From contig JAHDSE010000084.1 in NCBI GenBank assembly GCA_018432955.1, positions 1-48,971 on the forward strand: a stretch of 48,971 nucleotides of DNA, read 5' to 3'. The first letter of the stretch is position 1. Each line of letters opens with the position of its first letter. Origin of the DNA: Syntrophomonadaceae bacterium (GTDB lineage Bacteria > Bacillota > Syntrophomonadia > Syntrophomonadales > Syntrophomonadaceae). This document shows, piece after piece, positions 48,601-48,971 of the stretch. The notes under the pieces were generated by a model that was given only the letters and a program-made list of their open reading frames with translations, ran no database searches and was not told the DNA's origin. The position numbers were made by a program, and so were the translations under genes.

Positions 48601-48970
48601 CAGCTTCAAGAAATAAATCCCTGGCTCCGGCTACTTGCATGCTCAATTGCTGACCAAGCACCTTAATCCACGGACTTTTCTCAAACTCCTCCTTATCCAG
48701 CTTGAAATCTCTCACTTTCTCCTCCAGCCATTTCAAGGGATAGGGCTGGCTCTGGATAAAACTATAGCAATGCAGCACTAAGGTCTGCAGGGGCCCATCA
48801 TCTTTACTGGAACCAAACATTTCCACCAGATTCAAAAAATATTCACATGCCTTCTCGTATTCAGCTTCAAAAAGCTCTTCCAGCACTTCCTGTTTCATTA
48901 TTTCGGTCTCTACCGTATCTCCGATACGGAAATCAGGATCAACATCGAGTAAAAAAAAATATTTTCTCAC
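45635..48970 (-). CDS. addA: ATP-dependent helicase/nuclease subunit A (AddA), 5'-truncated by the window edge
   Basis: UvrD-like helicase motifs (FDEYQDSN, VGDVKQSIYRFR, MSVHKSKGLEFPVV) and a C-terminal RecB-type nuclease (GVIDLCF...LLDYKTD). The ORF is open to the end of the window. Confidence 0.93.
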   Translation of the reverse strand: MRKYFFLLDVDPDFRIGDTVETEIMKQEVLEELFEAEYEKACEYFLNLVEMFGSSKDDGPLQTLVLHCYSFIQSQPYPLKWLEEKVRDFKLDKEEFEKSPWIKVLGQQLSMQVAGARDLFLEAGKLTELPGGPLQYRDAIIDDLEMTEGLLASLEEGLYAFYSRFQGIRHKRLPRVSPECDEELKEKAKAIRDEGKRIIKDIQKSLDKSPEECRQDLHKLYPCMKYFCELLAAFDSAYREKKMEKGMLDFNDLEHYALEILAEDEAAQDYRQRFEYIFFDEYQDSNLVQEKILNSIRRDNNLFLVGDVKQSIYRFRLADPSIFMEKYHSYQKENGATRRRIDLSSNFRSRPNIIHAVNYIFANIMSKELGEIDYDENASLYPGVPEPPAVHGNTSGSTSKAGQSAGPAGTEVELLLLEKDADSSFSDEEGEETDQEIDNEVEEMDDIELEARLLSRRIKGLLGQQIFDAELESFRGIDYRDIVVLLRATRNTASVFLDTFLKEGIPAYADINSGYFEAIEVNIFLNLLRLIDNKRQDIPLLSVMRSPICGFSVEELIEIRLKSQAESYFEAVEEYMDKNQNDLQQRLQAFVEKINSWKLEAGFFSIDDFIWKLLMETGYYYYVGAMPGGIQRQANLRVLFDRARQFQGSSLKGLFNFLNFVERLNSSTGDMGTARILGENDNVVRIMSVHKSKGLEFPVVILAGMGKRFNKADTSARVLLHKELGIGPRFVDPQLRIHTDTLARMAIKNTIKLENLAEEMRILYVACTRAKEKLIMVASLKNIEGHARKWNRGINPLNLGKAMNYLDWIGPVLMIHQDGERLRKLAGVSEFEEKIQNDSSKWKIDILKRADISMENILKQEAEEELRRMLESPQKIAVSSEHELIEGRLNWQYPYQDAVIIPSKLSVSQIKDYEHRGIAGIGVNIPALTAVPAFLQGKKELSAAARGTILHLFMQQLDMQRVYSLDELQGQVQEMLEKEVFTEEEVKTLPLLKILVFFNSAIGQRLLQAEKVFRELPFNVVQRAGELLPGLGQSSEELLVQGVIDLCFQEGNELVLLDYKTDRIGPENREELIAQYRIQLNLYKNALEKIKGLKVKESYIYFFHTDEAVSV

Positions 48971-48971
48971 T

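Noticed and set aside
1-48971. CRISPR arrays, rRNA genes or prophage structural genes
   Set aside because: No regularly spaced direct repeats, rRNA-like segments or phage gene sets were seen anywhere in the window.

Overview
The window is about 49 kb of chromosomal DNA, coded almost entirely on the minus strand. The gene content points to a low-GC, spore-forming Firmicute (Clostridia-like). All family calls come from motifs I recognise by eye; no search was run.

Gene order by coordinate:
- An orphan 473-aa protein.
- A membrane-anchored thermonuclease and its small zinc-ribbon partner.
- A five-gene MoxR / DUF58 / vWA (Bat-like) operon.
- fhs, spmAB, ytfIJ and scpAB.
- An M50 protease and a DHH-CBS-poly(A)-polymerase-family enzyme.
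- A formate dehydrogenase and molybdenum/tungsten cofactor module.
- lysA.
- Four tRNAs.
- rpoD and dnaG, a dGTPase-like HD protein, and a flavoprotein.
- ppdK, its regulatory kinase, and ccpN.
- glyQS with a glycine T-box leader.
- A 5'-truncated addA.

Most of this is conserved housekeeping synteny. The unusual material is concentrated at 21.5-30.7 kb:
1. The FDH-N-type operon has an alpha subunit that the ORF track splits at an in-frame TGA. This is a selenocysteine codon followed by a SECIS-like hairpin.
2. A Moco/Tuco-type riboswitch candidate lies upstream of that operon.
3. moeA is transcribed divergently from the operon.
4. An HTH-PBP regulator in the module has no canonical start codon.
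5. The whole module is bracketed by two imperfect direct repeats, each consisting of the 3' end of lysA plus its downstream hairpin. One copy is a frameshifted relic. This suggests the roughly 9-kb module was inserted at the lysA 3' end.

A second unexplained structure is a roughly 300-bp element bounded by inverted repeats, with a perfect central palindrome, between fhs and the MoxR operon.
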